The translations under genes and the position numbers were made by a program. From NCBI RefSeq assembly GCF_036321535.1, contig NC_087436.1, positions 52,268,001 through 52,332,000 of the forward strand: 64,000 nucleotides of DNA, written 5' to 3'. Source of the stretch: Camelus dromedarius (lineage: Eukaryota). Below, piece after piece: positions 12,611 to 25,618 of the stretch (the first letter of the stretch is position 1; each line of letters begins with the position of its first letter). The notes under the pieces were generated by a model, which saw nothing but the letters and a program-made list of their open reading frames with translations, was not told the DNA's origin and searched no databases.

Positions 12611-12830
12611 TGGGAGTTCGGGATTTGCAGATACTAACTATTATACGTAAAATAGGTAAACAGCAAGGTCCTACGGTATAACACAGGGAACTTTACTGAA
12701 TACCTTGTAACTGCCTGTAATGAAAAAGAATATGAAAAGGAATATATTTTTGTATAGACAAGTCAATCACTATGCTATACACCAGAAATTAACACAACAT
12801 TGTAAATCGACTATATGTCAACAAAAAACT
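12611..12830 (+). mobile_element. L1 3'UTR fragment, more diverged copy
   Basis: 'gggagttcgggatttgcagatactaacta...acacaacattgtaaatcgactata' aligns to the other L1 3'UTRs in this window. Confidence 0.9.
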
Positions 12831-15239
12831 TCTTTAAAAAGAGAGATTTCATCAGTATGTTGGGGGAAGTCCTGAATTCATGCAATTCCTTTTCTCTAAA
12901 GAAGAGTATTTTCTAAACTTTGTGAATTCTCTGTGAGGATCATGTAAGTAAAGATTTCTGTGTTTGTAAGCAGGGCAGTCAAAGGACTGAATGATTTAGG
13001 TGTGGTTTTACTAAAAATATGAAAAATTTCTCAATGCAGTTTGGGATTTATATTGTCATATTGCTCACTTTCTTCAAATCCCATTGCCTCAGAAACAGGA
13101 GCAGGTATAATTGGTTACATAATTTGCCAGAGGAAGTGAATTTTCAGTTCCCTACAGCGCGCAGCAGAAACTGGGAGGCTGGCGTCCACTTGTATTTTGA
13201 GCATCCATCCCTCACTCCTCTCCCTCCACCTGGGATCCCATTGTCCTCCTAGTGGGACTCCTTTCAAAGCTGGAGGGAGAGTTTCTGCCTTCTCTGTCTT
13301 CTTCCTCCATTCAATCTGTAAACAGAAACAGATAAGGCAAGCAGAGGAAATCTCTGTTGTTAAATTTAACTACTTTTTTTGCTGGAGGCCTGCCTAGTGA
13401 AGTTTTTTTTTTTTTTTTTAATCCTAAATAATGAAAGTTGTTATCAAAACTCAAAAACCATTTGATTTAAATATAATAAGTTTGAGGCCTTAGAGTGTTA
13501 GGTACTTTGAAAATGTAATTTGTGTTCAGTTGTTGCCTCGGAGAGGGCTCTGTTCTGTTCGTACGTTCAGTGAGACTGAATTCATGTTGGTTCCTGGGGC
13601 ACTTCATCGGGCACCCCAAATGTCACTTTGTTGCATTCATTGGATAGCCTGCCAACCAATTTTCAAGCCAATTTAGGTAAATTGAATTAAAAGTCTTAAA
13701 GTGTTATTTTATGAGACTGTCAACTGCTCATCAAATTCAGAATCCACCTTTAGTTAAAAAAAATTTTAATGAGTTGCTCACAAATCTTTATGAATCTCTA
13801 AAACTATTTCTAAAATGCATACCATGGTAAAAGTGATAGTATTTTATTTTTATACTCTATATTAAGTCTGTGCTTTATTTGAGAGGCGATTTTATTTTGA
13901 TCAGTTCTATTATTTGGAAAACATTATTTCTTACATCTTTTAAATAAACTAACATAATTCTTCCAATTTTATGATGTTTCTTCTCAAATTTTATATTATC
14001 TAATTTAAAGTTCACCTTTTCCTGTTCGTTTCTTTTATGATACAAAATCATAGAAATATAATTTAAAAATAGCAATAGTTTATATAACTCAATTAAAAAA
14101 TGTTTAAAAAATAGCAATAGTTTGGAAAGTGTTATCTGTTTTCCTATCTTCAAATATCCCCAACAGAGCTGCTAAATCACCTCTGTTCTCTACTATTTGC
14201 ACTGAATTTCCTTAAAAGAGGTTTAGCCGCTCTTAATTTATAATTGCAATCTTCAGCTCTCTCCCCTTGTGTGATATATTTGAGATTTCCTATCTCTTTA
14301 TGCACCCCTTTCTCATTCGTTCTGCACCTCCCTCCTGCACCACCAGTGTCCTTATTTAACTTGTTCATTTTGTCACCATAGTCTTACCTCCCACCAGTTG
14401 TAGATCAGACGACTGTATTTCCCTCATTTGTTTTCCTGCTATAGGATTAGCTTTAAGAGATGATTTTAAAATATTTACCTGACTCATTAAAAATCAAATT
14501 TCTTAAATTCAATGTTAAAACTCTCTGGTGGGATATGACAAATTGTGAGTCGTATCAGTGATTTATTATTTGAGGTGATTAATTTATCATGGTTTGTGAA
14601 TAATTTACTTCTTTTTTCTTAGAGCAAAATGGACTTAAATGATTGTCTAACAGTAATGTCATTGCTACACAGTGCATTGCAATTTCAGTCTGGAATTCTG
14701 GTTAGCAGGTGGAGAATTGCACAAAATCCTGGGTGCACCCAAGAGAAACAGCATTATTGAATTCCCTTTTCCCCCTTCCCTTTTTCTTCCTGACTTAGTT
14801 CAGTTCTTTGTAAAAACACGTGGCAGTCATCTGTCCTGTTACACAGTGAGAGAGGAAAGAAATCACCCTTTGCCTCCTTTTATTTTCATGTATTAAACAG
14901 CACCCTCCCTTTATCGATGTCATTATTCTCCATTTAGTTAAATTCTTTATCAGTAAGTCTGAAAGTGTCAGTTTTCACTGTGGACCTACTTAGGATCTTT
15001 TGGTTCTCTGCAGCAAAAACCAACTCATTTAAGACTATCTGGTCTCAAAGGATTGAAGAGTGGAGACCCAATCTTAGAAGAAGGAAGATCTCCAGCACCC
15101 CTGAAAGCAGGGTGCCAGGAGCCATAAGCATCATCTTTTGTAGGAGCAGCCTGTTCTTGACAGATCTGGGTGGGTGCCAATATTTCTTGGATTCAAAATC
15201 TTCTCATTTGGGTTCATTCCGTTGTTTTGGCTTTAGCAC

Positions 15240-16050
15240 GTTCTCAAGTAATTTCTTAGGAAAAAGTGTATGTAAGGTGAAATATCTGAGTCCTGGAGTG
15301 TGTGAAAATGTCCTTATTCTTCCCTTCCACTGAGAAGCAATAAGTGCCATCAGCGGGTGGCAGGCTAACCATGACACTTCCTGTGAACACAGGCAATTTC
15401 ACTGAACACCAACATCAGACAAGCTGGCTCTACGACCATGATGGAGCAAATGAAAAACAGGATCACTCTGTGCTCAGGATCACTTGGGAATCGTGTCTGT
15501 GCACAGGCAACAGCAAGAACACAGAGCAAACCATAGAAACGCCCAGCATTCTCTCTCCTAGCCGACAGAAGCAGTTGCTGTTTTGTACCCATTAAGCTTC
15601 AGACCTACCTTTTCCATTTCTCCTGACTCCTAGATAAAAATTATCAAGATAACTAATCATAGGATCTTTCGCACCACCTGACAGCACCCAAATTAAAGCA
15701 AACCCTGCTTCCTGGCACTCTTCCCAAAACCACCCAAGGCAAGCCTAAATCTTATAGTAAGAACTGTGCTAACACCTGCCTGCAAAGACGCCCATACTTC
15801 CCCATGAGAAGTCCTTCCTATAGCCAGAATCAATAAACTCGATTCTTGTTCAGCTGTAGTTGTGTTCCTGGTGGTTTTTGACAGTTGGATATTGATATAC
15901 CTTATTTATAATTTGGCTGGATATAGAATTTTAGGTTAAGAAAAATCTCATCTCAGAACTTTGGAAGTATTGCTTACTGTCTGTTTTCTCAGGCTTTTTG
16001 ATGAGCGTTCTGGTGCCAGTCTAGTTTTTGTTTCTTTGCAGATGATGTCT
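15240..16050 (-). mobile_element. Ancient L1M/HAL1 fragment split by an LTR insertion
   Basis: 'tgtgaaaatgtccttattct' before the LTR and 'tttggctggatatagaattttaggtt' after it are adjacent in the old L1 reverse-strand consensus as I recall it. Confidence 0.6.
15331..15897 (+). mobile_element. Solo ERV LTR (MER110/MER90-like; family name tentative)
   Basis: Begins TGAGAA; contains 'aacaccaacatcagacaag', an AATAAA near 15832 and a 'gtgttcctggtgg' 3' end. Confidence 0.75.
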
Positions 16051-16091
16051 ATTCAGCTCCCTTGAAAGGTTCAGGGGAAAGAATAACATTA

Positions 16092-16312
16092 GGTAATACT
16101 TACTGAGTACTCATCACGTTTTAGGCATTCAAACAATATATTCTTCTTGCCTTCGTTTATGTAATCCTCACAAAAGCCAAATGAGAGAGCTGCTACCTGA
16201 GGTTAATGTCAATGCAGCAGCTGATTCAAGGTCACGCGGCTAGTTAGTGGCAGAGCTGGATGTCGGCCCAGATCTGTCCTGCTCTTAGTCCCTAAGGCTG
16301 CACAATTATGCT
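16092..16312 (-). mobile_element. MIR SINE
   Basis: 'taatcctcacaa', 'caaggtcacgcggctagttagtggcagagctgg'. Confidence 0.85.
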
Positions 16313-18774
16313 AATGATACTTGAGGATTGTCTCCTGAGCATTCTGGCACAAAGGTTTACTTAGTGAAAAAGTTGAAACTACTGATTAAAATCAGGATTT
16401 GCGATTACATATGGCTTTCATTGGCAGCAATTCCCAATTTCCAAATGGGCTCGGTTTTAAAATTTCCTCATCTTCAGCTGAATTTAACTCAACCTTGGGG
16501 AAAAGAAAGTCAGCAGCAAGTCCAAAGAGAATGCAATATGATGAAGTTCTTTCGACACACACACAAAAACGCTGGAATCATTTTGAACACTGGCGTTTCT
16601 GACGAGTGTGCTGGACCACAAGAGAAATTTGCATTATAAAAACCTAGAAATTTCATTTAGAATGAGCTTAAACCCTCCTTGTTATTTATTTATTTATTTT
16701 TGTAGTATTTGAAATACAAATATTTGGTTGTGACAAATGAGAAGGCAAACCAATCCAAAAAAAAAAAAAAAAAGGAATCAAAGTTGATAGTTTACTATTA
16801 AAATACAAGCGATCCATGGAAGGAAAGGTGGGGTAGGAAAGCGTTTGCCAGACAAGATCTTTGATGATGAAATCTCTGTAACCAAAGCTCTCAACAGGGT
16901 TTCCAAGCCAGCAGTCAGATCATGCACAGGCTGAAAAACTACTCAACTCTCATCAAACTCATAGCAAACAGTGTATCTCTTTCCTCATTCCAAGTTTCCT
17001 GCATGGCCTCTGGTTTTCTACACATTTGTGAAAAGGAAGAGCAAGCGACTAGACCCAGTTTGGGTGACATCATGCTGTCACAATTTTTAGCAAAAAGAAG
17101 GCTCTCCTAGCACCAAGGGTTTGAAGATGTAATGACTTTCTAGCTGAGGTGAACAGTGCTATCCTTGGCTTTATCCTGTCCAAGGAGAAAGGACATAGAG
17201 TTTAGGATGTGAGTTGTGGCAAAAACAACATGTGACCCCCTCCTTGACTTGGGGTATAGCACCTATTAGAGAGTGGTTCCTCTAGAAACTGAAGAGCGGT
17301 TATACTCTCCTGCCCTCCCATCTCTAAGGGACTCTTTTCAATGAAATGATAGCTTTTGTTCCTCTCCACAGTGGGATACTGTTGCAGAAAATTGTGTATG
17401 TGTGCATGTGTGCGTGTGTGTGTGTTTGTGTATAGAAAGAGAGATTATCAGAGCGCCTGTTTCATTTCACAGCTGGCTAGTAACTGTACGGGGTGTTGTG
17501 AGTGAGTGGAGTAAGTGTGGAGACTAGGACCAGGGCATCTATGTTAGCAGAGATCTGCTGTGCGTCCTGCTGATGGTGGAAGCCCAGCCTCAGTGCTAAC
17601 AAAGCTAGCCGCTTCTGCTAATCCTCAACTGAGTGCACGCACTAATCAGCAACACAAAGTTACTAACTCCTGCAACCATCACAGGCAGGTCAAGCAACCC
17701 CATTTTATGTAACACACACTTAAGTAGAAATACAAAGTTCCTGAAGAAGTCAAGAAGGAGGAAGCTAACAGCCTGAATCCCACACTATTCTGTTCTGTAG
17801 GCAGAAAACTCAAGGAGTTTTTCTTCCCCCAGGAATTTGAAAAAAAAAAAACAAAACTCATTATCATGATAATTTCTACTGGGTTCCTCAGGCCTCTGCT
17901 TCTGCAGGTTTTCTTGTGCTCTTCTACAGGCATCTTGGAATTCAGAAGGGAGAAAACATGGTTTCCTTGAGAGCCAAATCTCTGGATGTTCCTAGTGTAT
18001 CACAGCTCAATTTTACTAACAATTTCTGATGCAGTATGGTTAGAGCTGAGATTATTTAGATCCAGTGGCCAAATCAACCCCTCCAGCAATTTGGTGGTGC
18101 TGGGGAGAGAAAAGAGGTGAAGGGAAGGAGTTAGGATAGGTTGTAGGAAGAGGAAAGTTCTGTTGAGTTTCCCCTGACAAAATGCTGATACGCCAAAGAG
18201 GAAAAAATCACATCACGCACAGAGCCGCACGTCCTACTATTGATTAAACTGCAGACTTATGCGCATTTTATCTGCTACTGTCAACATCTGCTCTTGATCA
18301 AAATCAAAACAAAAAAGACAACAAACAAAAAACACAGAATGTCAAATGCTCCATTCTGTCAAAGAATACCTGAATCTTTTTGCAAAATTAAATAGTAATT
18401 ATTATTGCTCTGAATAGTTAAACAGGCTAACCTATCCCCCCTTATAAACATTTCTGTTGCTGATGCTCAGTGGTCAGGGTGAAGAGTTAAGAAGCAGTTA
18501 CTTCATCATGTGCTGTGTATCAAGGTTACTGCTGGTGAAAGATGGTGCATTTTGGTCAATTTTTGGTTGGACTATTGGTATATGATTATTCATAAGTTCC
18601 TGGGAAAGCTGCTTTGGACTTACTCGGATTCAGTGGTCTTTGTTTTCCAGGATTAGGTGCCACCAGTAATCTTACCTTCACTGTCTTTATAAAATTTTCC
18701 TTTTGCTGTACATGATCTGTCCAATAAACTCCAATATCATGTACAGGAAAATCAGGTGTTAACAGATCATTGGT

Positions 18775-18950
18775 AGGTTGGAATCCAAGCTTTACTGCAA
18801 AACAGCTATCTGACCATGACCTTAATTTTCATATCTTCAAAACAGGAATAATAATGATATGTACTTCATGGAGTTAATGTGAAAATTTACTGAGGTCATA
18901 TCATGTGGTTAAACTGCATCTGACATAGATTAAGGGCTAAGTAAATGAAT
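18775..18950 (+). mobile_element. MIR SINE
   Basis: 'aaaacaggaataataatgatatgtacttcatggagtt..gtgaaaatt'. Confidence 0.7.
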
Positions 18951-21654
18951 TGAAGTTTACCCCTCAATCAGAGTAAGTGGAATTTACATACAATTTGGAG
19001 AAGAGTTGAGACCCTACTTTGGGACTAAGTTAATTCATATTTTATTAACTCTCAGCCATGTTAAAATCTGCAGTGGAACCTTAATGAAAGTAGCACCTTT
19101 CCTCGGGTAATTAATTAACTGTGAAGGTTTTGGAAAGTGAACCGTTTGCTTCTAAGACTTACTTTCACATCTTTCCTAAACTTGGGGTTTAAACAGGGAG
19201 CCCTATCTCCCTTACTAACAACCAGAATGTACTTTCCAAACAGGATCTTGATTCAAGTTCTCCCAAGCTCTCCTCATATTTGAAATGTGTTTGACTTTCT
19301 GTCAATTACTAAAACAATCAAAACAGCAGCTCTCACCTATGACAGAGGAATTGAGGAAGCCTTTGTGAGCGATCTCTCAGATTTGAAAACCCCTGGCAAA
19401 GGTTCTAGCTGATGATAGCAGTTTTCAGAATGGACCGCCCAGATACCTCGATGACTATAAACAGCCTTCCTTGTGTTTGATTTTCTTCCCAGTACCTCAG
19501 AGATTCAACAGAAAGGTTAAGAATCCTTTACAGCTTTTCCAGCTCCCATTACCGCCGATAGCCTGGGGTGACTTCGTGACTAGAAGGGAGCTATCTGAAG
19601 GCCTGACAACATGGATTGTTGAATTCATGAATCTTCTTGAAATTTTTAATGTCTCCCTACCAGAAAATGTCCGTATTTCCCATCTTACACACCACAGCAC
19701 CCCACTGAAATCCCCCTTCTCTCCCATCTAATTATTTGCTGTAAAATATCATTCTAATCTGCCAGCAAATCCCTGGCCATGTGCTTCCAAGAAACCCAGA
19801 GGGCTCAGACATGAGGAATATGTAAAACTTCTGGTAGCGTAGTTCTCTACAAATCATTAGAAGTCTGACGCCTTGCCTCCGCGGTTAGAATTCACTGGAA
19901 CCGGACAAGGTGGAAGTACATTTGCAAATAACAAAAACTCCTAAACATCACTGCAGAGTATCTTTTCTCTTTTAGAGATGCTGTTGGAATCTAACCATTG
20001 GAATAAGAGTGCCTTCTTGCTACTGAGTGAAACCTGTAAGAGAAAATTGGGTTTTACTGAAGTATGAGGTGTTCCAAACACTCAATGCTTCAATCAACTT
20101 GAAAAACAGCTCCCTCACCCCTCAGAGATATATTAATATCCCTCTCCTGTCAGTTCTTTGGGTTGCAACTAAGCCAAGAATGAAATTCACTGAAAGTTGT
20201 AAGTAACAGAGGATCTTTGTCATAAGTGCCAGAAAATTATTGTGGGGAAAAGTTACATTTCATCAGCATTTTTCAAACGTTCTTTCTTTTCATATTTTTT
20301 CACTTAAAGCAAAAAGAATTTCATTTCTAGACTGGGGTAAGTTCTCCATTGGCCTGGCCTAGGTTGAGATGTGGAGTGCAGCCCAGAAATTTGCAAAAAA
20401 GCTTGGAACTTGGCACCTGGAGAAATAACATCTCAAATGACATGAGATTTAGGAATGTCATATAATAACAAATTATGATTTTGTGGCTTTTGGAGTTTAT
20501 ATTGCTTTGTCATCCTTCAAGAAGTGATACCTTTCGAGATATGTCCAGTTCCTGATGTTCACATTTCCTGAAGTAAATGTTTGCCCTTTTTTCCCCCCAA
20601 ATCCTCAATTGCCCCTGACATTTGTGTAGCATTTCCCTGCTTTGCTTAGTTGTCATCGTTTGCATTTTATTTGCACTTCATGAATCCAAAGGTTGAGAGT
20701 GATGGAAAGAAAATGAATACGGATTTACAGAGCTCTTAACAACATTACGGTTATTGATTTAAGCATATGAGGTTCAGCAAAGGCTGTCTTCTTGAAAACC
20801 TGACTCTGTTGCTCATGTGATTCTATATTAAGGCAGTCTTGCTAATATTAAATTTGATTCCTTAGAAATAATAGAGATGAATGGATTCGTGGCTATTATT
20901 TGGGTTATAAATTTACATTTACTAAGCCTCATGGTCCTTCTGAAGTGTACTGAAGAAGGGAGTCATTTATAATACGGTTCTAGGAAGACTGGATGACTAC
21001 GTGAGTGTGAACCTCTGCACATATGGACACATGCTTACGTGGTAGAACTGCCCAGAGGACTACTTGTTCAGTTAACACCAAGTAAGCATAATCAAATTCT
21101 TCTCTTGATATAAAGAAAAATGACATTCTCTTTTATTTCCTCAAGGAAACAGTGAATATCTTCCCACCTCCCCAAAAAAGATGTTAAATTCTTTGCATAT
21201 GATTTTAATAGACCAACAACAATCCAATATGTAAACATTCCAAATTTTATTGGACTCATGAAATGTTGTATCAGAGAAGGGGTTTTTAAAATATACCTAG
21301 AAAATGGAAATGTTTTATTAGTATTAATATTTTGTTAGTCACTATTAAGTTCTGCTGAAGTAGCACATTTTATGGTGATTAAGCTACTTACTATTTTTTG
21401 TTTTCTCTTAGCACTACCAGGTGAATCAATTTTGCTTTTCCCAGCTGGAGAACTCAAAAGGTCGTCTTCTACCCTAGTAACACTTGTAGATTCTTCACAA
21501 GATTTTTCACATATATTCTTTTCTTCTGTGGTGGGGAAGAACTGGGGATGGAGACTTGAGCGTTATCCTGCAGAATGCATACGATGACTTATCAGAAAGA
21601 AAACGTAGAGCATTCTTCATTCTACTCCTTGCAGTGCAGAGTGAAGGGGGAATT

Positions 21655-21910
21655 GATATTTACTGAATATCTATTATGTATTGGATGCTACTCCAGGCAC
21701 TGTGTATTGTGCAATTGTATTTAATTTTTAAAACATCCTGGGAGAAATAGGCATTATCCCCAATGTTTATATATATGTATAATATATGAAAATGGAGACA
21801 GAGCAGTTCATAAACTTGGTCATCACCACATAACCAGTTAGAGGGGAACAAAGGAACTTAGACTTCAGGTATTTGTTTTTAAGCACCTACTCTTTCCACT
21901 GATCCATGCT
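21655..21910 (-). mobile_element. MIR SINE
   Basis: 'atttactgaatatctattatgt..ccaggcactgtg', 'ggcattatcccca', 'tctttccact'. Confidence 0.75.
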
Positions 21911-22856
21911 GAGTGGGAAGGACACAGAACTGTGCTAAATAGTCTTATTTTTTCTTTTAAAACTGATGAAGTATGATATTTTATTCATGAGATCGCCTCA
22001 TCTACAAATCTGAGCAGTTCTTTTTCTCCTTTAAAGTTATCTTTGCACAAGTTTTCGTAAGATCTTAAATCTCCATGTGGGGTTTCCTTTCCTGTGTGAA
22101 AAAGGAATGTCTCAGGCATTAACATTCGCTTTTCCTGCACTGCACTTACGTTCAGTTGGGGCAATTAACTCATCAGGACACTACTTGTTGTGTATAATGT
22201 TGGTGCTGTCTTTACCATGAATGTCACCGGTGTGCTCAGCCTTCTCACAGAAGCACGGAATCTGGCTTGGGTATTTTTAGCCCATCTTTAGATTTTTTTG
22301 AACCATACACTGTGGTAAGGTGGGAACACAGATTTGCAGCTCACTGCACTGAGGAGATGGAACTGGTGGTAATGAGCCTTCTGAACTCAACAAACCTGAT
22401 GCTCCCCTTTGCATGTGTAAATATTCTTAGGCTTTGCCTTGGGAGAGGGTTGCCAAGCAGAGAAAGCATCGTTGTCTTCTGCTAGGGTTCTTTCACTTGA
22501 CTTTAGTCAGGCCGAGCTCTGCGTAGAAGAGAGAAGCTCAGACCCCACCCGCGAGAGTTCTGCTTCCAGACTTTGGAGCTAGAAAAATTAATTACACAAG
22601 CCATACTGTCTGCTGCATAAGGCACAGAATTGTTAAGACAAATGTGGCAGATCTGAAGGGCCACGAGTCTGGTGGAGGCAGGGGCCTGTGCGGACAGGGA
22701 GGAGGGCAGGGGTGATGCCTGAACAGACCCTCACTCATCAACCATATCGTTTTGTCTGTAGGTGAGCTTCCATCATTTGAAAGAATATGAGAATCAGCTC
22801 CACTGATTTGTTTTTAGTTGAACATTTATTATGTGTGAGGGATTCTAATATGTGCT

Positions 22857-22976
22857 TTTCTTTTTCTTTTATTAAAGTACAACTGATTTACAATGTTGTG
22901 TTAATTTCTGGTGTATAGCATAGTGATTCGGTTGTCCATATAAATATATTCCTTTTCATATTCTTTTCCATCATGG
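22857..22976 (-). mobile_element. Short L1 3'-end fragment, antisense
   Basis: Reverse complement of the L1 3'UTR end ('tttacaatgttgtgttaatttctggtgtatagcatagtgattc') preceded by a T-tract. Confidence 0.9.
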
Positions 22977-23029
22977 CCGCATTGATTTTTATTGCAGTGA
23001 GCTTACTAGGCTCTCTGAGAATTTAGGTA

Positions 23030-23205
23030 CAGGGAGTGGAAGAGCTTTGTGATGGATTTGGAGTTAGAAGGCTGATGTTCGTACCCTATTTTATTATGCT
23101 CTTGGCAAGTCACTTAGCTTCACTGATTCTCAAGAACCCCATCAGTAAAATGGAGATTGTCCCAATGCCTACCGATGCTGAGATGTACCCTTGAAAGCAC
23201 TTGTT
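23030..23205 (+). mobile_element. MIR SINE
   Basis: 'cttggcaagtcacttagcttcactga..catcagtaaaatggagat'. Confidence 0.75.
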
Positions 23206-23900
23206 ATGTGCATGTGCCACGCAGGTGTTTACTGTTGTTGTTACAGGTGTTGTTTTCTGATTCACTACAGAGCTTCTGTTCCAACAAGTGGAGTGATGCC
23301 TGCATTAGTCCTTTAAGGCTCCGGGAGGGAGAAGTTCCCCTGAGGCTTCTAAGCAAACAGTTGCCACCATAAGCCCACACTTTGAGAATATTCCCTGGGC
23401 TCTGGCCAATCTCATGTCTGATTCTCAATTAGAGGTGTGAGTTCCATGGAGAGTTTATAGGACCATTACCAACCTCATTAGAGGCTCCAAACATACAAGG
23501 CACTGGTTCAATACCCCACAGAGAGAGAAGTAAAACTAACAACAGATTTCAAAAAATCAATGACGGGTTCTTGAGGCAAACTTGTTTTCCTAATAAAGTG
23601 ACATTGCCTGAGACCATCTGATGACAGCTTAGGAGATTCCCAGGGCTCACAAACCAGCTGATTCATGCACTGGCTTCTGAAAACAACCCAGCTGAGATGT
23701 TTCTAGATTTCAGATTTGTCCCCTTCTAGTGTTTACTATTTGGCGTAATTTGGTAGGTGGCTAAAATAGACCACTTTTTTGGCTTTCAGGTGAAACTTGA
23801 TGCCAGAATAGTGTGATGAATGAGAGCACAGGCTTTGGGGTTTAACTGATCTAGAATTCCAGTCCCTCATTATGAGCCATGTGACTTTAGATAGACTGAA

Positions 23901-24280
23901 TGCATTAGTTAAGGTGAGATTAGCTGCTGTAACGATCACATGCTGGAAAGGAAACATAATGGAAAGGTATTTCTCACTTATATAAAATCCAAAATGACTT
24001 TTCTTGATCTGCTGGTGGCTTTCCTCTAAGAGGCAGTGAGGAACCCAGGACCTTCCCTCTTGTAGCTTCTCCATCTTTAACATACACTTTTCAGGGTTGC
24101 CATGGAGGAGGAAAGAGCACAGGGGACGGCACAGGGTGGATTCTAGTGGATCAAGCCTGGAAGTTGTGTAATCCTTGCCTCACACGTTCCTCTCCACTCA
24201 GTTACACGGCCACACCTAGGCTGTCTGCCTGGTCTCCAGCTACGGGCCAGGGAAAGAGAAAATAGGTTTGGTGATCAGGT
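23901..24280 (-). mobile_element. MLT1 (MLT1J-like) LTR inserted in a MIR (MIR parts ~23805-23900 and ~24290-24375)
   Basis: 'tgcattagttaagg..gctgctgtaac', 'ggtatttctcact', 'cagttacacggccacaccta'; MIR halves on both sides. Confidence 0.75.
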
Positions 24281-24524
24281 GAAAGAGAGGGATGAAAATA
24301 GGAACTGTCTCCAAAGAGTTGTGAGGATTCCACATGAGAAGGTGGCACAGAGTTCATGCTCAGTAAATATATTATTAGTATTATATTGACCTTGTTTCCA
24401 ACTAAAATTTTGAAATAATGATTTTCAACATTAGGAGTCTAGATTGAAACCTTCATAATTGTCTAGTTGGCCTGAGTGAATATTAACACTTCATGGATAG
24501 TAATTCTGAAATTATAAGAGAAGC

Positions 24525-24710
24525 TCAAGTTTATTAGGCATGCCAAATGCCAGGTAGAGTATTAACATTTACATGCAACTTGTCGTTTAATCTTATAAAC
24601 ACTCTCTGAAGTTGGTATAATGTTATTGTGCTCATCCACAAGAAGAAAAAGGCGAGAGACATTAAGAGACTCACCCAGAGCCACTCAGCTAGAGAATAGC
24701 ACAGTCGGAT
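24525..24710 (-). mobile_element. MIR SINE
   Basis: 'tttaatcttataaac', 'gactcacccagagccactcagcta'. Confidence 0.65.
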
Positions 24711-25477
24711 AGCAGCGCTCACATTGTTAGCTGCCGGCCTGGACGACCTCCCCATGTGCTCAGAGTGGAAAGACATGGGGTCATTTTCTAGCTGAATAAT
24801 CTCAAGCCAGAGGTGCTTTAAGTCAACCACAACTATCTGGAAATATTCTTAGCATCTATGTGGATCCAAGGTAGAAAGGAGAATCAGGCCTTAGTTTCTA
24901 GGAATCTACAAAAAGCAATAACATAGACAGAAACACACCATGAAGAATATTTCATTAGAACGCATCATGTATAAGTGTGGTAGCTTACTTTTCTGATAAA
25001 TTAATCAATTCTCTCCATGCTCCCAGCCCCACCTCTCTTTATTCCCTTATTTTGACTTAATTTCAACAGAGAGTTGGTTCTATTTAATTGCCTCAGCTCA
25101 GGGTTGAGGGCAGGGTGGATCTGGAAATTAGATTCCTAGTCTTTTGGACTTTTTTGTTCCAAAAGCACTTAAGCCCTTAATAGACCTAAGTGAAGATATA
25201 TTAAAAAAAATTTGGGACAAACAATGGAAAAGAGTAGGTCCACCAAGGCTAGGGAAAAAAATTCCCTGGGGCCCAGGAAGAGGAGAGAGGCAGGTAGGTG
25301 ATGAGCATAGAGGAGTTGATAGTTCCCAGGGAGAGGAGCCCTGGGTTCTGTTTACCAGGCAGATTCCCAGGGAGGCAGTTAGAATGAGAGATTGTGAGGA
25401 AGCTCAGGCAAATAAGACCAAAGAAAGCTTCACAAAGATTTCTTCTGTCCTAAGCCTAGTATAGAAATAACATATCG

Positions 25478-25618
25478 GACTACTTCTAACTCTAACATAA
25501 AGATTCCCTGGGGAATGTGGTTAAAATGTAGACTTTGATTTGGTAGATCTGGAGCTGGAAATTCTGCATTTCCACTAACCCCCCAGGTGATACCAAAGCT
25601 GCATGCTTAGAATGACAA
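25478..25618. mobile_element. MER5-type hAT-Charlie relic
   Basis: 'gttaaaatgtagact..gtagatctggag..ttctgcattt..ccccaggtgat'. Confidence 0.7.
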
